Source: Phycisphaerales bacterium (GTDB lineage Bacteria > Planctomycetota > Phycisphaerae > Phycisphaerales > UBA1924). From it: a DNA stretch of 64,000 nt. Positions within the stretch are counted from its first letter, which is position 1. Each line of letters starts with the position of its first letter. Of this stretch, positions 19,762 through 40,589 are shown one piece after another. Where the stretch lies: assembly GCA_965227775.1 (NCBI GenBank), contig OZ245777.1:1408001-1472000 (forward strand), written 5' to 3'. The notes below the pieces were generated by a model. The model saw only the letters and a list, made by a program, of their open reading frames with translations. It searched no databases and was not told the DNA's origin. A program made the position numbers and the translations under genes.

Positions 19762-20187
19762 ATGGCCAAACGCGAAGTCGCTCACGTTTTCAAGATCATG
19801 GCCCCGGGTGGGTCCGCGACGCCTGCGCCGCCGCTCGGCCCGGTGCTGGGTGCCAAGGGTGTCAACCCTGGCCAGTTCATCCAGCAGTTCAACGCCGCCA
19901 CCGCCCACCTGAACGGCAAGGTCGTTGGGTGCGTGGTGACCAGCTACACCGACCGCTCATTCGAGTTCGAGGTGAAGAGCTCGCCGGCGTCGGTGCTGAT
20001 CAAGGAGGCCGCCGGCATCGACAAGGGCGCCGGCACGCCCCAGACGCCGATCGCGAAGATCACCCGAGATCAGTGCCGCAAGATCGCCGAGGAAAAGATG
20101 GCCGACCTGAACGCCATCAATCTCGAGGCGGCGACGGACGTGATCGCAGGCACCGCCCGCTCCATGGGCGTGACGGTGGAGGGCTGA
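19762..20187 (+). CDS. rplK: 50S ribosomal protein L11
   Basis: ATPAPPLGPVLGAKGVN, YTDRSFEF, AGTARSMGVTV; GGAGG RBS. Confidence 0.97.
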   Translation: MAKREVAHVFKIMAPGGSATPAPPLGPVLGAKGVNPGQFIQQFNAATAHLNGKVVGCVVTSYTDRSFEFEVKSSPASVLIKEAAGIDKGAGTPQTPIAKITRDQCRKIAEEKMADLNAINLEAATDVIAGTARSMGVTVEG

Positions 20188-20188
20188 G

Positions 20189-20884
20189 ATGGCACACGTA
20201 AGCAAGCGACGCAAGGCGAATCTGAAGTCGGCGCCCACCGAGGCGCTGCCGGTCGATGAAGCCATCAGCACCGTTAAGAAGTTCAAGGGACCACGCTTCG
20301 ACCAGACCGTCGAGGTGTGCATGCACCTGAACATCAACACCAAGCAGGCCGACCAGGCCCTCCGCGGCTCGGTCGCGCTGCCCAAGGGCATCGGCCAGAG
20401 CAAGAAGGTCGTTGCCTTCTGCAGCGAGGACAAGGTCAAGGACTGCCTCGAGGCCGGAGCCATCAAGGCCGGCGGCGAGGAACTGGTCGCCGAGATCGAG
20501 AAGGGCTGGATGGATTTTGATGTCGCGGTTGCGAGCCCCGACATGATGCGTGTCATCAGCAAGCTCGGCCGCGTCCTGGGCCCCAAGGGCCTGATGCCCA
20601 GCCCCAAGGCTGGCACCGTGACCACCGACGTGCCGCAAGCGGTGAAGGAATACGCCGCTGGCAAGCTGGAGTACCGAGCCGATTCGGGCGGCAACATCCA
20701 CGCGGTCATCGGGAAGATGAGCTTCCCCGAGGCCGACCTGAAGGAAAACTACGAGTACTTCGTGCAGGCCATCGAGAAGATCCGACCCAGCGCCGTCAAG
20801 GGCGAGTACATCAAGAAGATCACCATCAGCGGCACCATGACCCCCGGCGTCCGCGTGTATCACGAGGCCGCCGTCGTCTCCTGA
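20189..20884 (+). CDS. rplA: 50S ribosomal protein L1
   Basis: FDQTVE, ADQALRGSVALPKG, LGRVLGPKGLMPSPKAGTVT, TMTPG. Confidence 0.98.
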   Translation: MAHVSKRRKANLKSAPTEALPVDEAISTVKKFKGPRFDQTVEVCMHLNINTKQADQALRGSVALPKGIGQSKKVVAFCSEDKVKDCLEAGAIKAGGEELVAEIEKGWMDFDVAVASPDMMRVISKLGRVLGPKGLMPSPKAGTVTTDVPQAVKEYAAGKLEYRADSGGNIHAVIGKMSFPEADLKENYEYFVQAIEKIRPSAVKGEYIKKITISGTMTPGVRVYHEAAVVS

Positions 20885-20905
20885 CGAGCGGGAAAGGAAG
20901 CATCC

Positions 20906-21451
20906 ATGTCCAAGCCCGTCAAAGAAATGATGATGGCCGATTACATGGCCAAGCTGGGCGAGAATGGCGACGCCCTGCTGATCAATATCCGCGGCATCGG
21001 CGCCAACGACACCAACGCCCTGCGCAAGGACCTCGCCAAGAGCGAGATCTCCGTGACCGTGCTGCGTAACAACGTGGCGCGCAAGGCCTTCGAGGGCACC
21101 GGCCTCGAGCCGCTCGGCGAGCTGCTCACCGGGCCCAATGCCCTGGTGTACGGCGCTGAGACCGTTGTCGAAGTTGCGCGCAAGATCGTCGACATCGCCA
21201 AGGACATGCCCGACGTTGAACTCCGCGGCGCAGTGCTCGACGGCGAGCTGTTCGAAGGCGAGGACGGCGTCAAGCGTCTGAGCAAGTTCCCGACGCGCGA
21301 CGAGGCCATCGCCCAGGCCGTCACGATCGTCCTGACGCCCGGCGGCAAGCTCGTCAGCGCGGTCAAGAGCCCGGCGAGCAACATCGCCGGCATCCTCAAG
21401 ACCCTGCAGGACAAGCTCGAGAGCGGCGAGACGATCGCCAAGATCGCCTGA
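20906..21451 (+). CDS. rplJ: 50S ribosomal protein L10
   Basis: LRKDL..VLRNNVARKA, LTGPNAL, GAVLDGE, LSKFPTRDEA; syntenic position. Confidence 0.93.
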   Translation: MSKPVKEMMMADYMAKLGENGDALLINIRGIGANDTNALRKDLAKSEISVTVLRNNVARKAFEGTGLEPLGELLTGPNALVYGAETVVEVARKIVDIAKDMPDVELRGAVLDGELFEGEDGVKRLSKFPTRDEAIAQAVTIVLTPGGKLVSAVKSPASNIAGILKTLQDKLESGETIAKIA

Positions 21452-21463
21452 AGCAAGCACCAA

Positions 21464-21501
21464 CGTCCCGGTCGCGGAAACGCGGCCGGGACGCTTTGAT
21501 T
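21464..21501 (+). terminator. Strong hairpin after rplJ (terminator/attenuator or stabilising stem)
   Basis: CGTCCCGGTCGCG-GAAA-CGCGGCCGGGACG (13 bp with one G-U pair) followed by CTTTGATT. Confidence 0.55.
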
Positions 21502-21634
21502 GACAGCCGTCGATGACGGCGACCGCCGACTGGCCCCGGAGAGGTCTGCTCGCAGACCGGGGTCAAAGCGCCGAACGGTTCGGCCCCACTCGGAGGCGTC
21601 CAGACTCGACTTTGCATCCGGAAAGAAGCACACT

Positions 21635-22045
21635 ATGAGCGACGAAGCTGCGACCAAGACCTTTGACGCCAAGATCACCAAGATGGGCGACGAGATCGTC
21701 GGCCTGAGCCTCAAGGAAGCCGTCGACCTGGCGGACTACCTCAAGGACACCTACGGCATCGAGCCCGCCGCTGGCGGCGCGGTCATGATGGCCGGCCCGG
21801 CCGACGGCGGTGGTGGTGGCGGCGCCGAGGAGAAGACCGAGTTCGACGTTGTCCTCAAGGGCGACGGTGGCAAGAAGATCCAGGTCATCAAGGTCGTCCG
21901 CGAGGCCACCGGCCTGGGCCTGAAGGAGGCCAAGGACATGGTCGACAACCTGCCCGCCAAGATCAAGGAAGGCCTGAGCAAGGACGAGGCCGACGCCCTC
22001 GCCGAGAAGCTCAAGGAGGCCGGCGGCGAGGTCGAGCTGGCCTGA
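21635..22045 (+). CDS. rplL: 50S ribosomal protein L7/L12
   Basis: [43 protein letters not shown]. Confidence 0.98.
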   Translation: MSDEAATKTFDAKITKMGDEIVGLSLKEAVDLADYLKDTYGIEPAAGGAVMMAGPADGGGGGGAEEKTEFDVVLKGDGGKKIQVIKVVREATGLGLKEAKDMVDNLPAKIKEGLSKDEADALAEKLKEAGGEVELA

Positions 22046-22228
22046 TCAAGCTCGTTCCCATTACCTCGGGCTCTCGTTCGGGGCATCCAATATCAGCCAA
22101 GACTTGGGCCGCGTGCGATCTCGCACGCGGCCTTGTCATCGGGTGAAAACCCTGCTGGGGACGTCCCAGGGGGTCTGCGGGAGCCAAATGAGAATCAATT
22201 ATTCGTGTGCTAGCGAATCGTGTGCCCC

Positions 22229-22257
22229 TTGTCAAGAGGGAATGTGAGCGCTACCCT
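22229..22257 (+). promoter_or_regulatory. Candidate sigma70-type promoter for rpoBC
   Basis: TTGTCA-N17-TACCCT in the 336-nt rplL-rpoB spacer. Confidence 0.55.
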
Positions 22258-22381
22258 GACTATTGCGTCATGAAACAGGACGGGGCTGGCGGCGATCCGA
22301 ACAGCACGATGTAGATCTAGAAGGACCCTCCACAGGCCACGGGCTGTGGGCATGGGTCCGCTTCCCATCGCGAGGTGACCG

Positions 22382-26203
<3,822 letters not shown>

Positions 26204-26282
26204 CAGGCCGGCCCGGTTCTTTCCCTCTCTGCTGCGTCCCGAACTGATCGACTTTCACCGGTAGATTCCACCGGAGGCACAC

Positions 26283-30677
<4,395 letters not shown>

Positions 30678-30730
30678 TCCGACGCTGACCGACTCGTCTC
30701 GTGGGCCCCAGGGATAGATCGAGAGAAGAA

Positions 30731-30769
30731 CGCCGGGCGGGAGCTTGCTCCCGCCCGGCGGTTTCGTTT
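30731..30769 (+). terminator. Intrinsic terminator after rpoC, probably bidirectional
   Basis: Perfect 13-bp stem CGCCGGGCGGGAG-CTTG-CTCCCGCCCGGCG, GTTTCGTTT 3' and AGAAGAA 5'; lies between convergent genes. Confidence 0.85.
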
Positions 30770-30788
30770 GTCGGATTGTGATCAGCAT

Positions 30789-32231
30789 TCAGAACGGCAG
30801 CTGCACGCCGAGCTGGACCTTGTGGGCCTCGTAGTTGTCACCGAAGTCGCCCTCATAGGCAAGACGGACGTTGAAGCTCCCGCTCGTGCGGAAGCCAAAG
30901 CCGGCGGTGGGGCTGTAGTAGTTGTCGACAGCCGCATCGTCGAGGAAGTCCGAGTAGCTTGCGCCGCCGAACACGTAGGCGTTGTCACCGATGAAGTACG
31001 ACGCCTTGCCGCCGACGCGGACAAAGTCCTGTGTGAGCGCTGGGTCGAATTCGAACTCGCTGAGCTCCAATGAGATCGAGTCGAAGTGCGTGTACGACGC
31101 CGCACCGCTGAAGAGCCAGTCTTCGATCTCGTAGCTGGCCAAGACGGTTCCGCCGACGCCCCAGAACAGGCCGCCAGAGACCATTTCATAGCTGCCCGAG
31201 CCGGCGATGAGCGCACCCGGTGCGATCTGCAGCGTGAAGCCCTTGCCGTCGTCCTGCTGGATGAGGCGGATGGGCACGTCGAGGTGGGCCGAGGCGGTAA
31301 AGACGTCCGCACCCTCCACGTCGTAGTAGCTGATGGGAAACGAGGCCGCGATGCCCCAGTATCGGTTGACGCGGTACTCGAAGCTGCCCGAGAGGTTGAC
31401 GAACGTGCTCTCCAGCCCATCAGCGTCGGCGATGCCGGCCTGGGCATCGAACCGGATGCGCAGGCCCTTGTCGGATCCCGGCTGGAAGAACTGCACGCTC
31501 GCCGAGCCGACGGGCGCACCCTCACCCTGCATGCGACCCTGCTCCTGCGCGCCCTGCTCGTCGGCGGACTGGTTGAAACCGGTCACGCCACCGACCGACT
31601 CCATGCCGTTCTCTTCCTGAGCGCCTTCCTGGCCGTACACGCGAAACGCGCTCGGCGACGGCGGGGTCTGCAGCACCTCGCCCTGCATGATCTGTCGCTC
31701 AAGGCGTGTGAGATCCTGGTGCTTGCCGAAGCGGTTGTACTTGTATGAGGCCATCTGGGCCGTCGTGGACTGTGGATTGCCGTCGGTCACGGCGACGAGC
31801 GATCGCGCGTTGATCTCTCGCAGGAAGTCGGCGACGGTGTCCGATCCCTCGCTCTCGAGGAAGTCGACGATCTGGTCCTCGACGTCACCCGAAGCGTCGG
31901 TGGTGAAAACCAGCGGATCGCCCTCACGGCCCAGGAACTGGAGCGTCGCGCGGTCGCCGTCGTCGCTGAGCGTGAAGCTGATCGCGTCGTCCACGCCCGC
32001 GTATCGCAGCGAGGCGGCGAAGTCCTGGCCATCGAAGATGGCAAAGTCGTTCTGCGTGTCGAGCAGGTCTTCCACGAGGTCGGGCACCGACGAGCCGCCA
32101 ACCGACAGGCTGCCGACCATCGGGTCGTTGGCCACCACCATCACGCGGAAGAGGTCCTCACCCGCGGCGGTGGAGGGCAGGCACACGATTCCGGCTGCAG
32201 CCAGCAGGCCCGCGGTCGTTGGTCGACGCAT
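30789..32231 (-). CDS. Outer-membrane beta-barrel protein with N-terminal domain (autotransporter-barrel-like; 480 aa)
   Basis: Signal peptide; C-terminal ~260 aa of alternating amphipathic strands with aromatic residues; ends HKVQLGVQLPF (terminal Phe). Confidence 0.75.
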   Translation of the reverse strand: MRRPTTAGLLAAAGIVCLPSTAAGEDLFRVMVVANDPMVGSLSVGGSSVPDLVEDLLDTQNDFAIFDGQDFAASLRYAGVDDAISFTLSDDGDRATLQFLGREGDPLVFTTDASGDVEDQIVDFLESEGSDTVADFLREINARSLVAVTDGNPQSTTAQMASYKYNRFGKHQDLTRLERQIMQGEVLQTPPSPSAFRVYGQEGAQEENGMESVGGVTGFNQSADEQGAQEQGRMQGEGAPVGSASVQFFQPGSDKGLRIRFDAQAGIADADGLESTFVNLSGSFEYRVNRYWGIAASFPISYYDVEGADVFTASAHLDVPIRLIQQDDGKGFTLQIAPGALIAGSGSYEMVSGGLFWGVGGTVLASYEIEDWLFSGAASYTHFDSISLELSEFEFDPALTQDFVRVGGKASYFIGDNAYVFGGASYSDFLDDAAVDNYYSPTAGFGFRTSGSFNVRLAYEGDFGDNYEAHKVQLGVQLPF

Positions 32232-32476
32232 GGTCGGTTCTCCTCTGGGCGCCGGAGGCGCATTGGCGTCATCGGGTCACGCGATCCATGCGCGACCCGT
32301 CGTTTTATCGACGCCTCCATGCCCGTGGTTGAGCCAGCGTGTACTTTGCACGCCGATTTCTGCGGACGCGCAAAGGCTGCGGCCATACGATGACCCCCGG
32401 GGCCCGATTCGGGTGCCCTCACCCCGCTCACGGCGAGCACGAACCGGTCTGGATGACCCCCGGAGGTGGCCTCGGG

Positions 32477-36028
<3,552 letters not shown>

Positions 36029-36414
36029 GCATCTGGGTAATCTGAGCCCGAGCACGAAGCAACCATTTTCTGGTGTGCGATTGCCCGTCGTTGTGTGGCC
36101 CGAAAACGGCTTCACACGCCCTGGCGGTCACGTGCGGCCGATCGGGCTTCTCAGATTCTTGCTCGCACCGTGCAGATTGGGTACGCGTCGCGACGGGTCG
36201 CAACCGGTGATCCGTCCTTGTGTATAGAAAGCGGCAAGATCGAATCCCAACGACGGAGAGATGTTGGGACGCACGACTGCCGGAGCGAACGAGGCCCGAC
36301 CTGGCCGCACGAACTCGCCCCCGAGCCCGGGGACGCCGAAGGCTCCGACGTGTTGAAATGCTGCTCACGGATGGCCACGACCGGACGGGCAACCCGGTGT
36401 AAAGGACTCTCTGC

Positions 36415-37395
36415 ATGCGGATGAGCGAGCGTGGTGCGTCGGGGTTGCATCGTCTGCGCGGCAGGCCCGGGCTGAGCCCGAATGAGTTGGTCGTGGCCGA
36501 TCGTGATTGGCTGCACGGTCGCTTCCGCTTGTCCGTTGATTCGCCCAACTTTGCCAACACCGGGCCGATCTTCTGGCCCACGGTCGTCTTTGCGCGCGAT
36601 CCGGTGATCATCACGCAAGAGGGCGCCGAGCCGGTCGTCGCCGACCCGAACACGACCATGGTCTACAACGCCATGCGGCCGTACACCCGCGAGGCGCTGA
36701 CCGATCGCGGCGATCGCTGCGAGTGGTTCAGCGTGGCGCCGCACTTGGCGATGGAGATCGCCCGCAGCCTGGGCTTCAAGGCCGATAACCCCGAATCGCT
36801 CGTGCCCTTCACGCATGCGACGTGCCCGCCCGAGCTCTACCGAGACCAGCGGCGCCTGAGCCACAGCCTCGCCGCCGCAGAGTCGGATCCGCTGGGACTT
36901 GGCGAGGCGGTGCTCGACGTTTTTCGCCGCGCGCTCGAGCCGGGCGTGGGTACTCGTCGGCGTCGCTCGGCCGCGACGACAGAGCCAACCCGCCGCGCGC
37001 ACCGCGACCTTGCCGAGAGTGCTAAGGCCGTGCTCGCCCAGCGCTACGCCGATCGCTTGACGCTCGACGAGCTGTCCGACGAACTCGAGGTCTCGCCCTT
37101 CCATCTCGCGCGCACCTTCAGGCATTGGACGGGCCAAACCGTGCACAAGTACCTGACGGCATTGCGCATTGCGGCTGCGCTCGACTTTATTGCGCAGGGC
37201 ATGCCGCTCAACGAGGTTGCCGCGTGCACGGGCTTTAGCAGCCACAGCCACTTCACGCAGACCTTTGGCTGCCTTCTTGGCGAGAGTCCCTCGGCGTGGC
37301 GACGCAAGATCATGCGGCCTGCCGTTGCCAATCCGCCATCCGAGCGGTCAACGACCGGCGTGCCGCCCACCGCCGAATTTCACGACGCCGGATAG
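36415..37395 (+). CDS. AraC family transcriptional regulator
   Basis: C-terminal double HTH: LTLDELS..VSPFHLARTFR..G.TVHKYL..LRI, VAACTGFSSHSHFTQTF...GESPSAWR. Confidence 0.9.
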   Translation: MRMSERGASGLHRLRGRPGLSPNELVVADRDWLHGRFRLSVDSPNFANTGPIFWPTVVFARDPVIITQEGAEPVVADPNTTMVYNAMRPYTREALTDRGDRCEWFSVAPHLAMEIARSLGFKADNPESLVPFTHATCPPELYRDQRRLSHSLAAAESDPLGLGEAVLDVFRRALEPGVGTRRRRSAATTEPTRRAHRDLAESAKAVLAQRYADRLTLDELSDELEVSPFHLARTFRHWTGQTVHKYLTALRIAAALDFIAQGMPLNEVAACTGFSSHSHFTQTFGCLLGESPSAWRRKIMRPAVANPPSERSTTGVPPTAEFHDAG

Positions 37396-38225
37396 GTGCA
37401 TCGTGTCCGGTCGGTCTCCCACACCGTGACTTCCAGCAGCTTCGCGCCCGAGCCGGTCGCGTCAATTGCATTGCCCAGCCGCTGGTAGCAGGCGCGGGCA
37501 ATGTGCTCGACGCTGGGGTTCACGCCCGCCTGGCTGAAGTCCGGCGGGTCGGTGTTCAGGTTCGTGTGATCGAACGCGGCGATGATCGTCTCGTCGGCCA
37601 GCCGCTCGAGATCAAGCATCGTGAATGGCATCGGGCCGGACCCAGGCAGCGGCGCTTCCACAGCCGGCTCGACCTGGTAGTTGTGGCCGTGCCCGCTCGG
37701 ATTGTTGCACTTGCCGAAGAGCCTGCGATTCTCCTCATCGCTGAGCGTGTCGACGTGCAGGCGGTGGGCCGCGGCGAAGTCGAAGCGTTGGCGCAAGACA
37801 ACGGTGGTGGCGGATAACGCGTTCATGGTGATGCTCGAATAGGGGGTCAGGTTCCAGCGCAGTGCGGCCAGCGTGACGGGCAGCGCCGCTTCCAAGTCAA
37901 CCATGAGCTCGGGCAGGAGCGTTGCCGGCTCGCGGGCAGGGTCGTCATGGCAGGCCAGCGAGATCAGCGGAACGACCGCATCGCGTACGGCCCGATCGAT
38001 CGCTTTGATATCAATGAGGTAGCCCGTGACCGGGTCCGGCACGCCGCGAGCGGTCACGTCGACGCTGTAGTACCTGCCTAGACCTCGCATCGCCGGCTTG
38101 GCGGCATAGCCGTTGGGGTCAGTGGCGATCTGCGAGGCAGGATCCCCGAACGAGCGGTCGTTCACGCAGAATCGCGTGGTGCGGATGAGTTCGATGGTGC
38201 CATCGGTTGGTTCGTTTCCGGTCAC
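37380..38225 (-). CDS. Tandem two-domain 6-pyruvoyl-tetrahydropterin synthase / QueD family protein (about 281 aa)
   Basis: C-terminal domain FAAAHRLH..LFGKCNNPSGHGHNY..FDHTNLN..PSVEHIA..VWET; N-terminal domain is a degenerate copy (G.PDPVTGYLIDI). GTG start at 38225. Confidence 0.85.
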   Translation of the reverse strand: MTGNEPTDGTIELIRTTRFCVNDRSFGDPASQIATDPNGYAAKPAMRGLGRYYSVDVTARGVPDPVTGYLIDIKAIDRAVRDAVVPLISLACHDDPAREPATLLPELMVDLEAALPVTLAALRWNLTPYSSITMNALSATTVVLRQRFDFAAAHRLHVDTLSDEENRRLFGKCNNPSGHGHNYQVEPAVEAPLPGSGPMPFTMLDLERLADETIIAAFDHTNLNTDPPDFSQAGVNPSVEHIARACYQRLGNAIDATGSGAKLLEVTVWETDRTRCTYPAS

Positions 38226-38289
38226 TACCGAGGGTAGTACGATGGCCCGGCAGCGCGGCCCGTTGCAGGTCGCGGGAGGAGGAACACCC

Positions 38290-38952
38290 ATGCCCCACGG
38301 AACACCCAGGACTCTCACGCGTGCAGGAACGGCGCTCGGCCTCGGGCTTCTGATCGCACTTTCGGGCTGCTCGGGAGACGGCAACGGCCACGACGACGAG
38401 TCGATGCGTTCGACCGCCCAGCAGCCCGCCGCCGACGATCGTTCTGCCCAGGAGCAATCCGCCATGACCGAAACCCAGCAATCGGGCCCCTCCGTCCGTG
38501 GCGTCCGCTTCGAGATGGCCGACGGCTCGCTCGCGACCATGGACGAATTCCAGGGCCAGGTCGTGCTCGTCGTCAACACCGCCAGCCGCTGCGGGCTCAC
38601 GCCCCAGGTCGGCCAGCTCGAGACACTGCAGCAGGCCAACGCGGGCAAGCCATTCACGGTGCTCGCCTTCCCGAGCGCGAGCTTCAACCAGGAGCCGCTC
38701 GCTTCGGCCGAGGCCGCGAGCTTCTGCGCCGACATGGGCGCGACCTACCCCGTCGCCGCCAAGATCGACGTGAAGGGTGACGCGGCCCACCCCCTCTTCG
38801 CGACGCTCAGCGAGCAGGGCGGCGAGCCCACCTGGAACTTCACCAAGTACCTCGTCGACAAGGACGGCAACGTCATTGCCCGCTTCGATCCGAGGACCGA
38901 GCCGACAGACCCGGCCATCCAGTCGGCGATCGACGCGGCGCTGCGGGGCTGA
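38290..38952 (+). CDS. Glutathione peroxidase family lipoprotein (220 aa)
   Basis: GGAGGAGG RBS; lipobox LSGC; VLVVNTASRCGLTPQ, LAFPSASFNQEP, WNFTKYLVD. Confidence 0.9.
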   Translation: MPHGTPRTLTRAGTALGLGLLIALSGCSGDGNGHDDESMRSTAQQPAADDRSAQEQSAMTETQQSGPSVRGVRFEMADGSLATMDEFQGQVVLVVNTASRCGLTPQVGQLETLQQANAGKPFTVLAFPSASFNQEPLASAEAASFCADMGATYPVAAKIDVKGDAAHPLFATLSEQGGEPTWNFTKYLVDKDGNVIARFDPRTEPTDPAIQSAIDAALRG

Positions 38953-39155
38953 CGTTCAGCACAAGATGTACCTGAGCGAATTCGAGGGCGAGCGCGAGCA
39001 GTTCGCCGCGTTTGCGCCCGAGTCCCTGCCGGGGTGCATCCTGATCTTCGAGCGTCTCGGCGACAGCGATGGCGAACGAACCATCTTCAACTGTCTGACA
39101 CTCCAGAGTCGGTTCGCGGTGGGATCTAGCGAAGGCGCGGGCTCTACCCTCGGAG

Positions 39156-39839
39156 ATGGCAACGCGGCCGCCCCGCCTTGTGACGATCAGGCTTGCGTTC
39201 GCTGCGGCGCTCGCGGGCGTGTTGCTGGCGCTGCTGACCTCGCTGGTCGCGGCACTTGCGACGAACATCGCCGTTGCCGCCGGCAACGCTCGGACGATCC
39301 AAGAAGACCTATTCATTGGCAGCCATCTGGTCGTGACGACCAGGAGCCTGACTACGTTCGGAACGGTCTGGGAGCGGGCCGTGACGCCGTTGCATCCTGG
39401 CAGTCGCATGATCGTGTCGATTCCTGACTCTCCAGCCAGTGCACGAGTCTTCGATCGGGTACCACAGAACATCTGGCTGGAGCGCGACGGAAACCGACGC
39501 ACCGCCTCGCTCTGGCTCGCAGGCTGGCCCATGCGATCGATCTACGGCGTGCAACGCACCGGGCCCACGCCGCAGACGGTGCATAGGTTCGCGATGGTTG
39601 AGCCGACGCTCCTTGGGAGTCAGTGGTCACTTCCGTTCATGCCCTACGTTCCCGGCCTTGTCGCGAACTCAAGCGTCTTCGGGGGGCTCGCGTTGATGAT
39701 CATGATGCTCGCACGCTGGTTGCGAACACGACGGCGCGCCGCGATCGGGTTGTGCATCGCCTGCGGCTACAACGTTGGCAAAGGCATCCAGGCCTGTCCC
39801 GAGTGCGGCCTAGCGGGCGAAGAATTGAGGCAGGAATAG
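39156..39839 (+). CDS. Membrane protein with C-terminal Arg cluster and zinc ribbon (227 aa)
   Basis: N-terminal TM, GWPMRS, LPFMPYVPGLVANS, TM, RTRRR, CIACGY..CPECG. Confidence 0.85.
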   Translation: MATRPPRLVTIRLAFAAALAGVLLALLTSLVAALATNIAVAAGNARTIQEDLFIGSHLVVTTRSLTTFGTVWERAVTPLHPGSRMIVSIPDSPASARVFDRVPQNIWLERDGNRRTASLWLAGWPMRSIYGVQRTGPTPQTVHRFAMVEPTLLGSQWSLPFMPYVPGLVANSSVFGGLALMIMMLARWLRTRRRAAIGLCIACGYNVGKGIQACPECGLAGEELRQE

Positions 39840-39842
39840 CCG

Positions 39843-40547
39843 ATGGCACCGCGTCGCTCACGCATCGTTACGGTTCGGATGGTGGCAACGTCGCTGGCGC
39901 TGGGCTTGTTGCTCGCGGTCTTGAGCGTGCCATTGAGCGCGGCCCTACTGAATCATCAGGCTCGTTTCGTGCCGCAGACGGGTACCAACTGGCCGACGTT
40001 CGCGCTCGCCGAGTACTTCAAGCAAGATGGGCACGTCGTGCTTGTGTTGCGGCAGGAGTTCCTGACTGGCACGACATGGGAGTCGAGCGTGTCGCCCGAG
40101 AGCTCGACACTCACGCTACATCGCGTCGCGGGCACCCTCAACGCAAAACTCGTCCAGCGCGATGCCCGGCCCAAAGCCATTCGGGCACCGCTCGATGGCC
40201 GGGATCACACGCGCTACGCGATCAGCGTCGGGTGGCCCTTCGAGGCAGCCGTCGGCACGCGCGGGTGGTCGATGGGCGGTCCGGCGGTGCAGCGATCGGG
40301 TCTGGCCTCGATCCGCCTCTTTGGTCACTGGTGGAGCGTGCCCTACCGGCCGCTTTGGCTCGGCCTGCTAGGCAACACGCTGTTCTATGCCGCGATCGCG
40401 TTCGCCGTTCTCGTGTGGTGGCGTGTTCACCGGATTCGCCGCCGCACGAGCGCGGGCTGCTGCATCGACTGCGGATACGAGTTGGGAGAAGGTGTATCGA
40501 TCTGCCCCGAGTGCGGGCTTGCCTCGCCCGCTCCGGCCAACGCCTGA
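39843..40547 (+). CDS. Paralogous membrane protein with C-terminal zinc ribbon (234 aa)
   Basis: MAPRRSRIVTVR (cf. MATRPPRLVTIR), GWPFEA, VPYRPLWLGLLGNT, TM, RIRRR, CIDCGY..CPECG. Confidence 0.85.
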   Translation: MAPRRSRIVTVRMVATSLALGLLLAVLSVPLSAALLNHQARFVPQTGTNWPTFALAEYFKQDGHVVLVLRQEFLTGTTWESSVSPESSTLTLHRVAGTLNAKLVQRDARPKAIRAPLDGRDHTRYAISVGWPFEAAVGTRGWSMGGPAVQRSGLASIRLFGHWWSVPYRPLWLGLLGNTLFYAAIAFAVLVWWRVHRIRRRTSAGCCIDCGYELGEGVSICPECGLASPAPANA

Positions 40548-40589
40548 CGCCCGATCCGCAGTGCCCTCCGCCTTCGCGTAAACTGACGC

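Noticed and set aside
37380..38735. Extended starts given by the ORF track (also 7262, 9098, 14456, 18016, 19555, 21500, 32339, 42204, 43982)
   Set aside because: Extensions overlap neighbouring genes or lack family similarity; downstream starts have an RBS, a -10 box or the family N-terminus.
38966..39427. ORF starting MYLSEFEGEREQFAAF
   Set aside because: The first ~50 codons look gene-like, but it runs out of frame into the better-supported 39156 gene and has no RBS; at most a remnant.
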